Shown here one piece after another: positions 1 through 13,600 of a DNA stretch of 64,000 nucleotides. The stretch is from Phoronis australis (taxonomy: Eukaryota; Animalia; Phoronida), in the NCBI GenBank assembly GCA_002633005.1, contig NMRA01000986.1, forward strand, positions 2,411-66,410. The letters are read 5' to 3'. A model generated the notes under the pieces. That model was not told where the DNA came from. It did not search any database and saw only the letters and a list, made by a program, of their open reading frames with translations. A program made the position numbers and the translations under genes. The stretch's first letter is position 1; every line of letters starts with the position of its first letter.

Positions 1-329
1 TGTTGATGTGCTAGCAGTGAAAGGCATTCTGTTCGGTTAGGAACGTTGAATGCGCGACACAGTGCGAGAACGCGGTCCAAGGATAATACTAGTCTGAAGG
101 AGGATAATAGTTTTATTACATACTCTTCTGCTGATACTACTGAGTCTGTTACAATCCATGCGATCATACACTTATATAGTGACATACATGAATCATAACA
201 GGATATAGTGAACAAACATGTTTACTACAATTCCTCATGTTGGGGGTGTATTACATAATGGTTAATTCTCTGAACTACTCCTACACATGCACTCACTGGG
301 ATATGAGATCATACTCTAACACCTTTTTA

Positions 330-960
330 TCTTCAAATGTCCTGACGGATTTTTATGAAATTTGGTATGTAGGCACCTATTAGTGAGATGACGCTATCCT
401 CCCATTTTCAGATGGATTCGGCATAGTTTGCGCCACCTAGTGGCAATTTTTACCCTTTTCGAGTCTGTATTTTTGCGTCCAACCCTCTATCAATCAAACT
501 GCTTAAAGGATGATTGTGAAAATTGGCATGTATGTGCTTACTATAGAGAGGACAGCTGACAATGATTTTCAGACGATTTGGACTACTGTGGCGCCTCCTA
601 GTGGCAGTTTTGTTTTTTGCGCCTATGGCTGTATCTCCTAAACCGTTTGCAGGATCTTTACGAAATTTAATAAGTGTATTTATATGATGTTAACAACGGA
701 CAATGACGACTTTTGGACGGATCTGCCTACCAGTGTGCCCCCTAGTGGCAATTTTATTTTTTTTACGTTTACCTCTGTATCTCCACAAGCTCTTAACGGA
801 TTTTCATGAAATTTGGTATGTAGTCATCTATTAGTGCGATGACGCTATCCTCCCGTTTTCGGATCGATTCGACCTAGTTTGCGACACCCAGTGGCCATTT
901 TTACTGTTTTTGAGTCTGTTTTTTGGCGTCCACCCCTCTATCAACCAAACATTTTGCCCC
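330..960. repeat. Internally repetitive interspersed element with ~145-160 bp units, each ending in a GCGCCACCTAGTGGC-like motif
   Basis: Motif copies at 430-444, 591-605, 735-749 and 881-895; 345-520 and 796-950 are near-identical (atgaaatttggtatgtag...gatgacgctatcctccc). Confidence 0.75.
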
Positions 961-1537
961 TAGCCTATTGAGGAGACAATGACCATACCTTTCCATTTTG
1001 CAAAGTACAACATACTACATATATGCCCTCTACTGGCCACTTTATGGTACCAATAAACAACCCTAGAAGGATACCGTATACGGTGCAATTGTGGGTGCAT
1101 TTCAACGCTCTGCGTTGCTCTTGTGTGATTTTGTTGTAAACGTCGACATTTCTTGTTGCACTCCACCGTGCGTGACGTGACGTGCACGTGACTTTAAACA
1201 ATTAAGAACTAGAGTTGTACAATGAGTTGGTTTTTACTTGCATTTCCAAAGTGCTCTCTAAATGAATGTCACTTGTTATAAATAACATCGAGTTGTGATA
1301 TTTAGAGTCATCGTTTCAATCACTCTAACAAATCAGGCTGGCATTGAAGAAATCTCGCTGGAGTTTAAATGTCGCTGTACATGTAATCGTGCTCTGTTGA
1401 GTCAACCACTTCATAAGTATGCAACTGATGGTGAAGTTTTAAACTGGAAAATATAATATGCAACGCACTGTTGACCCACCCACGTCGCTATGTGTAATGC
1501 TGACCGACATCACTTCATTTTTGTTTACTTACTGCAG

Positions 1538-1639
1538 GATGGAGACACACCGCTACACACGGCATCCGCAAACGGACAGACAGCGGTTGTCGAGCTGCTG
1601 GTCAACGAAGGCAGCAGTGATTTGGCTACCATTAATAAG
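1538..1639 (+). CDS. Ankyrin-repeat exon (34 aa)
   Basis: tgcag|GAT...AAG|gtattc; DGDTPLHTASANGQTAVVELLVNEGSSDLATINK matches the ankyrin consensus GxTPLHxAxxxGxxxxVxxLL; phase 0/0. Confidence 0.92.
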
Positions 1640-4600
1640 GTATTCCAAGAGTGTTGTACTCCGAGTTTTGATGATACTGCAATGATATGTGTTTTAAATG
1701 AACAATGAGTTCTAGGAATCATTCATTGTTAATTATAATTATACCATAAAAATCTTCTACCTCTTAGGTGGAGTTACACAATGAGTCACATCTTTGTTAC
1801 ATATACATGTACGTTCGCACAATACGCAGTAAAACCCTTAGCCACTCGTCTGGTCGAAGTAGTGGGACACAAACTAAAAACAGAACAACTACAATGTACA
1901 TGTAAGTTGCCGACAACAGGCACACATTTAGTTTTTCTCACCTCATTTATAAAAGCTGCAAGTCAGTGCATGGACTAATTCGCATATTTAGGAATGTGGC
2001 TAAGGTTTTCTTCGTTAAGCTTTTAAAAAAAATGACGATTATTTTAACAATCAACTTTTGAAGTGTTTTATTTTTTATCCGACTATATGTACATGTACAC
2101 CTCTGTAATATTTTCCTGTCACTGTTTGATCTATATACTCTGTGATGGGATAATGTAAGGCGTGAGTTGGACAAAGTCCACGCTTTCGAAAGAACAAGTA
2201 ATTTTTACCACTCTTCCACAAGTCCCTAGTAAAAGTAGAGCGTCATAAAACTAATTTACACGCGGTGATGTTTTCTGATCCACTCTACATCCACATTCGA
2301 TGTGTACAGTAGGTTGTTTTAAATTGTGTGACACAGTGTTCAGTCTCATTGGTATATGATTGTCGCATGAATTAATATTTTCGGCTGTCTCTTTCCCTTG
2401 GCTGCGAAATATCATATGGTATTTTATTATCTTTAATATCACATAATACAGTTGTCTCCATCAGTTTTTCGAGCAGTAGTTCCAAAATAGGTTGAGTTAG
2501 GGAGTTATTCGTTTCCGAAATCTGCACTAAAAGCTTCATGTTTTGTCAGACTTATGATTTAACTTAAAGTAACAGACTCTTGGCCTTGAAAATATGGCTT
2601 CGGGAGAGCTATATTCAGAAGATAATGAAAAGTCCCTTTAGCTCTGGTAGTGTTTTGTTGGTTTGCTAGGGGTCCCGCTACATCTGATGGAACAAGTGGA
2701 TATGCATTTGAAGACTTATAAAAAGTGATCTGTGAGCTATCCATCCCCGGATGAATATAGAATTGCCCTGTAAATATCACAAGCAGTGTACAATAAACGA
2801 CCAGGAATGTGGAATGGAAAAGTTAATAAGTTTGCTAGAACATTTATTGTGGGAGGTAAACATTGAACCTACGGCAAAATTATCGACATGCCCGAAACAA
2901 TGCTTCAAAGAATATATATGTCTTACGGTAAAAGTTGTTGGGAAAACATCAGGCGTAGACTGCGTAAAAATCGGGTTATGGCGTTGACCGGAATGGAAAC
3001 GTCTGGCACATTTCATTACCACTATGTGTGACGTAGATGTGAACATTATAGACCCATGACAAATTTGTCCACTGTTAGAACGAATATAACAGTTCATTTT
3101 CTTTAAAATTTGATTGTTGGTAAAGCTTTTAGGAATTCATTATTATAGCAAATTTTCCCTTTTTTAGAACAAAGGTAGTCACAGGTGTGCGCCAATTGTG
3201 TTTCAAATACAATGCCACGCAGGCTTAAAGGTAGACACATGCCTAATGTATCGAACGTGTTATTGATTAGAAACACTCACCTGGTGGCAAATTGGTTAAG
3301 TGCAAACCTTTTATGCTAAAATACAAATTAATTCTCACACAAAATAGATGCGATGATCAGGGCCAACCAGACTTGTTCTTTTTGGATATTAAAATATTCC
3401 TATATTCTTTTTCAATGGCTTTTCCCGTTCACAACTTCTCTCATGGGCGGCGCACCATGGGTGGCTGGGGTGCTGTAGGTAACACGTTGTCAAAGCTGCG
3501 CCGCCCATGGTCTATGTGAGGTGCACCACAGGGGACTGTGGCCCTTTTACCCCCACATTTTTCAGTGCAGCGCCTCCATGTGAAAGTGTAGAATCTCATA
3601 TTCTCCTTTTTAGAAATTAAAATTGTTTGATCATAACCAAGTACTACACTGTGCGAGTTGTAAAATTTTCGTCTCAAACATGTTGATGCGACGTTTGAAA
3701 ATTAGATAAAGTCACAATTTAAAACATATTTTTAAACGGAAAATGAATCGTAATGATTTTGATGAGTTTGTTGGAACTTCAACAATACAGTGAGAAGTGC
3801 AGTTTGGTGGTTTCAAGTTGTGAGATTTTGAGTTCTTGAACATGACACTTCCCATCATATTTACAATGAATGTATTCTGTGGAGAAGGTGGAAGTTGTAA
3901 AACTCCTTTGGTAAATATGTGAAACAGGCAATCGCCTTTTGAGTAATGTTTGTTATTAAAATATTCATTCGCGTTACACTTTATAGCCTCAAGTGAATGA
4001 CCTGATATAATGACAACCGTTTTGGTGGTTACATGTTGTTTTATAATCCAATCAGTTTCTTCGGCAATGTGGTTGAGAACCAGCATCATATTTTTTCGAT
4101 GCCTTGTGTAAATTGTGTTTTCGTTGTGAGCACGGTCAAATCTCCATTTAAAAGTATCAAACACTGTTTTCCTCGTATTCATTGAGCAGTACATATCTTT
4201 GAGACTGTTATGTCGTGTCATTGCACAGTTACAGCCTAAGTCTCGTAATGATGGCATACCTTGAAAATCAAAATAATGGGGTTTGTACGATACACAGATG
4301 CTTGAATTTCACTGTAAACAAAAGTAGTTCCAATAATCACCCATTCAACCTAACATTTTAAGGAAGGAAACTGCATGCATGACCAATGTCGCTCACTTAT
4401 CAAGTGATATTTTGATTTCATGGCATATGAAAATATAGGGGTACGTACATGTACACTACATGTACATCACTATTTCCGCATCACGTAGTAACATAATGCG
4501 GCGTGGCCATTCATTTTTCTTTGGTGATAATAAGCACCATGTTGTTATTTAAAAGGCAATAATTTTAAAAGCAACGACCATTTGTGTTACTGAATTCCAC

Positions 4601-7600
4601 ATGGGGGTACGTACACTACATTCTTTAAGCCTTTTGGCCCATTTTAAAAATACACCTATATATGTAGCAAACCCAGTCAATGCCAAAACCTTTGGTTTGT
4701 TCAGATATTGAATAATTTGCTGTATTGCCTACGCTAGCATATTCTGCAGTTTTTCATTACATAGTATGTCTTTAACCTTCTTTTCAGTAGGTGAGGGTTA
4801 AAAAAACAAAATTGATAAATTTCGTAACGAGTACTTGTGTTATGATGAACCCTACCATTCCTCAATGATTAATCACTACTTCATCTAAGGGATTATGAAA
4901 GTGTATCAAGTTGTTCCCAGTCATATCAATTGCTTACTTAATAAAATTAATTTCTTTTCTGCTGTTGATAGTTAAAAATTGTAATTTTTTAAAATGGCGA
5001 GTGAGAATCGGAATGTGCACGTGAAGAGTGGCACTCTCCTGGACTCTCATGCATGTTGCAGAGGCAGGTTCTCTACCTTTCAAGACAACTTGCAACAAAC
5101 AAACTAGTAGATGCAGCATAAAACTCGAGACCATCCCATACATTTGTAACTTAGTCAAATTTCACGTTGATTGACTGCGCAGTGTACGTACTCCCCAACC
5201 AGTACCATTTTTACTGTACAAGTTGATCACTGGGCCGAGCAATTGCTGAACTATTTTGACCAACTGGTGAATGTATTACAAATTGGGCAAATACCACCAA
5301 TAAAATTTTTGAAAAAAGAAGCTACTTGCCAGTTTCTTTTTGTAAGAATCATATTGCAGGAGAAGAAGTTTAAATTTTACTGTGTTAAGATATGCAATGT
5401 ATCATTGTCTAGAACAATTTGATCAGAGCTGTAATGACTTTTCTTACCTTATTATGTTATACTTCCTCTATCAGTTGATTGGGGCTCAAATATGGCTGCA
5501 GCAAGGTTTTGTATGTTGACAATTTTGCGTATTATGAAGAATGTCTAAAAACTGTGGACATCAACCCTGTTATTCTACATATAGGGTTTCGTTAAGGGAA
5601 CTGCTGAATTTGATTTTTCACCGTTTACTTATCTTCCATTATTTGAGTCACGTGAACATATCGTTATTAAGATTTAAGAAAGAAGGAAAGGTGCGTTGAT
5701 ACCAAAACCATGGTTCCAATAATATGATCCGATTGTTTTTCCTATCTATCTTGAGCACGAGATTTCAAAAATGTTGTTAAAATCGTCTAAAATATTTTCC
5801 TTTTGCTTTTACTATGTGCATGAAAATAATCATATAATATTTGATATCATATCTGCTTCGTGTTGAACTCAGTTTTATTTTTGATAATATTCTTTGACAT
5901 TTTCACTTCAATTAGGTCAACCTCGTTTTCATTTACACGAGTTGTTCACCAAACACATCGAAATGGTGTAATTATGTTTATGGTTTGTCAGTCGTTTTAA
6001 TGCTTGTTGTAGAATGGCGACACGCCCCTGCACATCGCGACTAGGCATGGCAACCTAGATGTTGTTGAACTCCTTCTAAAAAAGGGTGTCGATGCCACAG
6101 CTACCAATACGGTAAGATAAGTGTGCCAATCAAATTCTGAAGTATGTTATCACTGTCTTTCTCCAGAGTTACTGATGGAGTGCAACTCACTCTACTTCTC
6201 AAGCAGGTGTCGAAATGGTTTCAACTTGTTCCGTGTCAATCGTGTTTACGCACAAATTTGCGTCCTATCACAATATGGTGCGGTAATTGCAAACTCGGTC
6301 CAATTCGATAAATCATCTCGGTATCAGATATATCCTGACTTGACTTAAGATTTAGCTGCAAGCCAAAGCTATCGATCACAAGTTATCGATATGGACCTGT
6401 ATAATCTACAGTGTACTCATATACCTGTCCGATATACATATACCCTGACAGAGTACATTAAAGAGTTCCTTGTTTTTTGCGATCAAACCAACAGGCGGCG
6501 TACCGGCCACAAGCCTAAGAAACACATGCATAGAATGTATCCGTTATACCGTAAGTTCGAACTAGAAGCCTTACCCACTGGTTAAATAATGTTTTGTAAA
6601 TATGGCCTTGAAAAAGCATGTACTATCCTAGTGGCCAGTACGGGAATCGATGCATCCGATATTATATGTGTTCTTGGTGATAAGTAAAGAAGTCAGTATA
6701 TTAAATGTTTCCAAATTCACCATAAACAGGAGACTTTGTATGTGCGATCCTAACGGGCAAAAAAAGTCAATGTATCCGATATATAACGAGTTACTCTTAA
6801 TTTATATAGATGAACCTAGCGGCCAGTTAAGAGGCCACTATCTGGCAGATGTATCGTGATTTATCTAAGTAGACACTCTAGTACATGTAGTCATCAAGCA
6901 AGTCAATATATCCTATATACACTGTACATGTACCATTAGTTACTATGGTCAGCGTATTTGCTAGAGGACCTGATGGCATGCAGCTGCAGGATACTTTTGA
7001 ACTGAGTGTCGTCGTAGTTGAATGTTGATGGAGATAGTTGAGTTCTGACACGTGCCAAATCAATACATGCAGGTTAAACGTAAGCAGTTTATCATGTAAA
7101 ATGTTATAGAAATACCTAAGACACATAGGGACCATATTCCCTAATAGCTATAGTCCTAATTCTGTACAAGTTAACAAGTTATAGTTTTTCACGGAATCGG
7201 GAAGAAAATGTTTGGCAAATTTGAAGACAATCAAATAGATATAGGGAAGATATCAGATAGTAGACTTCTTGATATTTTCAAGTCAAAATAGTGATATAAA
7301 GTCTATAGGAAATGTTGTTGAGAAAGCTTGTTAACTTTAAGGTGTGCAAATTGCTTATTGTCGAACTTATTCTTAAAACGTGTGTTTAGTGCCACGGCTG
7401 TCAATCATTTAAAAAGTATATTAATCATATCGTGTGTTTGAAGGGAACATGACCTGAAAAGGGAAAACTGTTTTATTGTTGTGTTCTTCTCAAATGGAAA
7501 TTTGTTTCCTGTTAGCGTTACCTATCAAGAAAGGCCGTTTCAAAGCATTGGATGTCTATATACATGTAAGAGTACAGGTCAAAAGAGTTCTGGCCATCTA

Positions 7601-10600
7601 TATGTAAGGAAGCCATTGCTGATGTGTAATGTATGTACATGTATTATCGAAACATTTCCGACAATATACACTACAATAGCACCTAAACGTTTGATTAGTT
7701 GCAAACTGGGCTGCTATTACATTTTAACATCAACAATAGATGTTTATGAAAGGATCTGCCAGTTCAGAGAATTCTGCTGCAACTGAAGACACAAGTTTAA
7801 TTTTTCAGTTTGTGTATTTTGTGTTGATACATGTACATCTTAGTTCTAGGATAGTTCCTTAAGGTTTGACTTTGCCAGGCTTTCACATGCAAACATGTGA
7901 ACGTTAATTCTTGTGTCTGATACCCTTTGCATGCTATTGAAATTATTGCTCATTTTAATTTTGATGCGAATTAAAATACGCATTTTACAGGAAGGAAAAA
8001 CTGCTTACGATGTCTGTGGGGAGAAATACGATGGATACTGGAGCGACTTTGACGGGGAAGAGAGCGACGATGACACGGAGGGGAGCGACCATGACGTGGA
8101 GGAGCCTAAGTGTGTCAAAAAAATAAAGAAAATTCTTGAGGTACGCAACAGTGAAATATTTTTGAAACTGTTAGTACGTAAGCATTATCAAAATTGTTTA
8201 TCAAATGTTCTTGTTACTAACATGGTGACCATGGCGTCAATATCGTTCTTCATTAATATTGCTGCCATCAGAAACACTTCTCTTGTGTAGTGGTAAAAAG
8301 AAGTGTTTAAGCAAGCCATGCCACGCCAGTCCAGATGTTTTATTTCGTAACATGACTCAAAATATCGCATTTGGGAATCCAAACAGATAAACTGTGAACG
8401 CTGTTGAACAATCGAACACTAGAATGACACACAAAATGAACAAAGTGAGTGTCATGTGGTGCGTAGTATAAGCGTGTTGAAAACATTGCTATAATTGTAC
8501 ATGACTTGGTCCTAGTTGGCAGAAAGGACGGATAGTGGTTCCAGAGAAAACTGGTTGGAGTCGGACTAATCAATTCAAATTCATAGTATTTGTCACTATT
8601 GTGACGTGATTAGGTGCAACAACGATTGGATATACTGTACACACACATTACATTTTCGAAAACTTTTCCCGGTCTTTTCCGATTCATTTAATTGAGCACT
8701 GGATTCTTTTGACATAACTGTATGTGTGTTTGGATTAATCTGTGTTGTCTGACAACGAGGTTTGCACACAGAGTTCACCCATTTTGCTCCCTGGGAGATC
8801 AGGATTCTGAATGATCAGGTCCATGGCCAGGAAATATATGCCTAACATTTGAAGTGGTTTGATGTTTTACTTAACTCTGCCCATGACCATCGCTGTTTTT
8901 AATTTCATCATTTTAATTTCATTTGACTGGATCCACAGCGTCAAATGGCGTCATGCTTAACATGAACACAGGAAGGGGTTCCAGGGTTCCATGATTTGCT
9001 TGCATGGTCAACGTAGTCGCGTGCAGAACTGGTGTTGCGAGGGAACAAATACTTTTCATATCTTTGAGCAACCGATGTTGTATCACGTTAGAACTGTATT
9101 TCGCCCAGATTAGCTGGTTTTAACACTAATGCCAGTACCACATAAGCCCTTTTTCTCTAATAAACAGTTTAGTGATGCAATATGCTTTACCCGCGCTAGG
9201 AATCTACATGTATTTCATTTCTAAGCTCATAGAAACTACAGCACACGCCAAATTAAACCAAACAATTCCGCTTCCGTGCGGTCAGTTTCGACTGTAGTTT
9301 TCTCGACACTTGTTCAAATGACGGACTATAGGGGTTGTAATCTTAAACACAATCTTCCGATGCCACTGCATCATGTAGAGCGATCGAGTAAGTTGACCTA
9401 ATTTCCAATTTACTGAACACATTTTACTACACCGATGCCTGCTGCTACTACTCAGACGATGCAAAATCATAATCAACGAATAGGCCCGAAAACCAAGTTA
9501 AAAAAAACTTCACCGCTGCAACATATAAATGACAGGAATTGACCACACATGCATGTATGCACTGTAGATGTAGATGGGGAAGTTTTTCATCCAATGCAAC
9601 TTCCAACAGATACGGCGCCTCCCACGTGTAATTACAGGTATGTGGCAATACATTACCTATGACTACAATGTATAGGTCGTCTGCTCTTCACACAATGGTC
9701 ATAAATGCTTGCATTCCGTTACCAATAATGTTGGTATCATGTTTTAAATATTGTTCTTCAATTGGTGTACTTTTAATCATGAACTAAATGGAAAATGTGT
9801 GACGTCATTAGGGGATTCCGCTCCGCAGTTGTATTCCGCACCAGTTGTGACAAAAAAATCTTCGGCTGTGAGAGGTAGCGATCTCAAAATCACTTCGACT
9901 GAATATTATGAATAGTTGCATGTGCCAAATTGCAGTAATAGCACTCGGAAAGGCAATATTTCAGTTTTTGCGTTTCGAACACATTACCTGTTTTTGCGTT
10001 TCCACTTCATTAGCTGTTTCACCTAAGGCCTGAGTGTATGCAGTCTTGAACCCTTAGCACTCACCTCAGTCCAGCTAATTAGCCACTAAACACTCCTTCA
10101 GGCAGGATAATAACAATATGGCTACTCCACCTGAACGTGCATACTTGGTCCTGTCTTCCATTTGTGAAATAAATATTGGTGGATTAAAGGCATTTGATCG
10201 GAGCCTTGTGAGCATTTGTGTTACATAAAATGATGTTTCGATGTTGGCTTCAGAACTACATGCGGCAGAGCAGGAAACAAAATCTCTCGGAAGAAGGCAT
10301 TGATATAGAGCTCGCGCCTGTGGAGAAGGGAGCAAGCGTACGGTCAGCCCAGCTTCCGTTACTACTGTCGGAGCTGGAAAGTCATGAAAACTCAACGGGT
10401 GAAGCTGAACCTATGGTTGAGGAGGGTGTTGGCGAGTTAGTGAAAAGTAGAGAAGGCGGGATGATGGAACAACCGAGTGTGGATAACAAGCTGACAGGTA
10501 GTAAATTGTGTCTTTTACTGGCACTGCACGTGGGGATAAAAAACAAACGTAAAAGAACTGAACATCCAGACATTGTGTTAAAACTACGCACCAGTATGTC

Positions 10601-13600
10601 ATCATTTGGGCACTCACTTGTTTAGATGAAAACTTTAGTAATCGGTGGAAGCTGCCGTGAATAACAAAAACACATAACAGGCAGTTTGCAACAGCGTGTG
10701 GTAGCTTAGAGGCATGGCCATACTTTGCACAACTATCGAGCCAAACATTTATTTCAAAAACATCTTGGGGCGATCGTGGGTTAATTTAAGTCCTTGGAGG
10801 ACATCTTGCCTCTATTTTCGCATTATTTCAGATAGGAGCCAATGTTGTACTTCTGATTAGTTCTCAAGGTTTTCCAAAATAAACACTGTCAGTATTTGCT
10901 TGAGACCAAACACATCATGCTTATTTTTTAAGCTCTGGTTTGCTTGCCATCAAGATAAAAATACCGGAATTCGGTTTTGGCATATTTCAACAGAAATGAA
11001 TAAAGAATTTTCTATCTGACCTAAAACTGAATGATGCATTCTAACTCAACCAACAAAATTGAAAGCTCGTTTACAAAGTGTGCTAAAACGGCAATTGTAC
11101 GACTTATTCCAAAACTGCGGTGAAAAACCATCCACCAACAATCAAGTGATCCATTTGATGACAGCAGCACTGACGTCACACTGCATCCTTAGTCGAATCC
11201 TACATGTATAATGCTTGCTAGAAAAGCAAGATCTTGCAAAACAACGCCGTGCATTATCGTTTAGAGCACGTAATTTTGATTAGATTTTTTCTCGCGGAGA
11301 TACACAATTAACCGTGTGTTAGAACACAAGTTACACCCCAACCTGTACGTTACCAGGGAACAGAACAGAACAGGGATTGGTTGAAATAGCTCTCCCGGGT
11401 AGAGTTCAATAACTGTCTAACGGATTGAAAATACATGCTATATCTCGCGAAGTCTAGCTTTTTTAGAGCTACACTACGTTGTTGAACTCTATTCCAGATT
11501 GCCGGACCAGCCAGGAAGTAATGAAGCTTTTTATTTTTTCATAGTTTTTGAATCAGGTACAGTCTCGCAGGTTAGTGTTCGATAACCTTGAGGTGATTGG
11601 CTGTGGACGTACTCCTGATTTTAACCGTTTAAATTTCTGAAATATGCTGTATATTGTCTGCGGCTCATAACTAACATAACAATCTTGCTTCCGTGATTCA
11701 CTCGCAGTTTTTGGATTTTATTTAATGTCGAGAGGGCGGTTAACTTAACATCAAGCAGTTGTTTGTAAAAATTCAACTTTCTCACGTCGTAGTTGCTGAC
11801 TGCAACACTCTGACTGATACTGCGGCATTGTGGGTGGCGAAAACTGGTTTCGTATGTCGTTGTGCAATAACAGTGTCATTCTTTATAAAGCAGTGTTTAT
11901 TATCCCTTTAACGGCCCACCCCGTGTCTGAGGCGTTATTTTATGAATTGTTATGCTTAAAGCTTAAACTCCATGAATGTGCTTCAATTCAAACGCTGAAC
12001 ACTTCCCAGTCATAATGGGTGTAAATAAAATGAGCAGTCAATCATCCTCTCTCACGGTCGTCACGGACGTTCGCATGTTAATTGTCTCAATGTTTAAAGA
12101 ACACAATTTTTCTTGACGTGGTTCTTTTTTCATAACTACGTCTCGAGCGACATCTATATCAAACGCGGGACAAACCCTGTACCAACCTTCACTTTGTGTA
12201 TGAAATGATTCGTGGTAGCATGTTTGAGACGAGAACAATTCTATAAAAATAGTCCCATCTCGGTTTCCTTCACGTAAAAAATGAGCCCTTTAACCGTGTA
12301 GTAAGTCAATCAAACTTATAGATGCCCGAAGAAACGGCTATATATCATACGTGTACAAGAGAAAAGAATACAATTCGTGATAAAAAACTGGATCTGACAA
12401 TTGAGTGTGTCGGAAGTGAATTGTGGTTAACGCCAAAAGAATTCCATCTGGTGAGACAAGACTTGTGTGTATAAAGTTGGAACGTTGTAAATGACAGCTC
12501 AATTGGGGACCGTGAAACGGCAAATTTGGTAGAGCTGCACGCCGAATGTTGAAAAGCTATTGAGTGCATCCAGGCTTTGCTCGGTAGGCGCGAGCCAGAC
12601 CCCCATTTGGAGAAGTGGGCTAAAATGTCCGACTCAGAAAAACAAAAACTGCGAAAATTAGAAAACGAGACGAAGGTCAAAAAACAGGCAGAAACTACCA
12701 ACATTCGGTGAATGCAAATTTCTGAAGATACCCAATGAATCTTAGTAAAAAGTTCACATTCTCAAAAATTTAAGCCTCCCGTTTTAGGCTGCGTACATGC
12801 ATGTAGCTTTCTTCAGTAGATACGTGAAGTGCCATAATCGCTGAACGAATCAGTGTGTTTGACACTGGGGTGGCCAATTTGGGGGCATGCGTCTGTGTAC
12901 CAAGACCCGGCCTCCAATCTTTTTACTCGAAATGGAACTCGAAATTAGGTTTGGCATTTTCTACTCTACTTTTGGGCGAAATCAAGATAAGTGTCTATTA
13001 TTCTATGCTCGAGTACACAATAACTTACGTAAATAATTTATTGCTCTTAGTACACAGTTTGTAAACCCAATATTAAAGCAATAATTTCGAGTTTTTACTC
13101 GAGTTTATAGCACGAATATAAGTGTCTTCAAGGGCAAACTTGAACTAGAAACTCCTATGCATTAACTGTAATGTATTCGAGCACAGTCTGATAACCAATT
13201 ATCTTAAGTTCGCACAAAAGGAGCAGAGAAATTGCAAAAAAATAGTTTCGAGTTCGTTTCGAGTACAAAGATTAGAGACCGAGCTCAGATTAAAAACATT
13301 CAAATTTTCGTTCAACATACCCTACGCACGTTATTTCTGTTGAAGTTTTACCAGCCTTTGATAAAATGCGGAAGCTTGTGGTCCAGGCAGTCTACCTACT
13401 TTGCCGCCCATGTTTCACCATCTACTTGCTGCCCAGGTTTCTTTCCTGCAGTTCTTAGATCTTTGTTCTGATTGTCACGTGATATAGTTAGTCATAAACT
13501 GTGACAGTACATGTACCATTGCATTTACAATAGGGAACAAAAGTGGTTTCAACTACTTGGTGAAATATGAAGGAGACCAACGTAAGATTGTTGTGTGTGA

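Noticed and set aside
1-40. Possible tail of an upstream ankyrin exon (VDVLAVKGILF)
   Set aside because: Too short, and no convincing phase-0 donor at the expected position; needs the upstream sequence.
12600-12730. Lys/Glu-rich stretch MSDSEKQKLRKLENETKVKKQ as an extra exon or Crypton fragment
   Set aside because: No clear acceptor/donor pair in the needed phase and no diagnostic motif.
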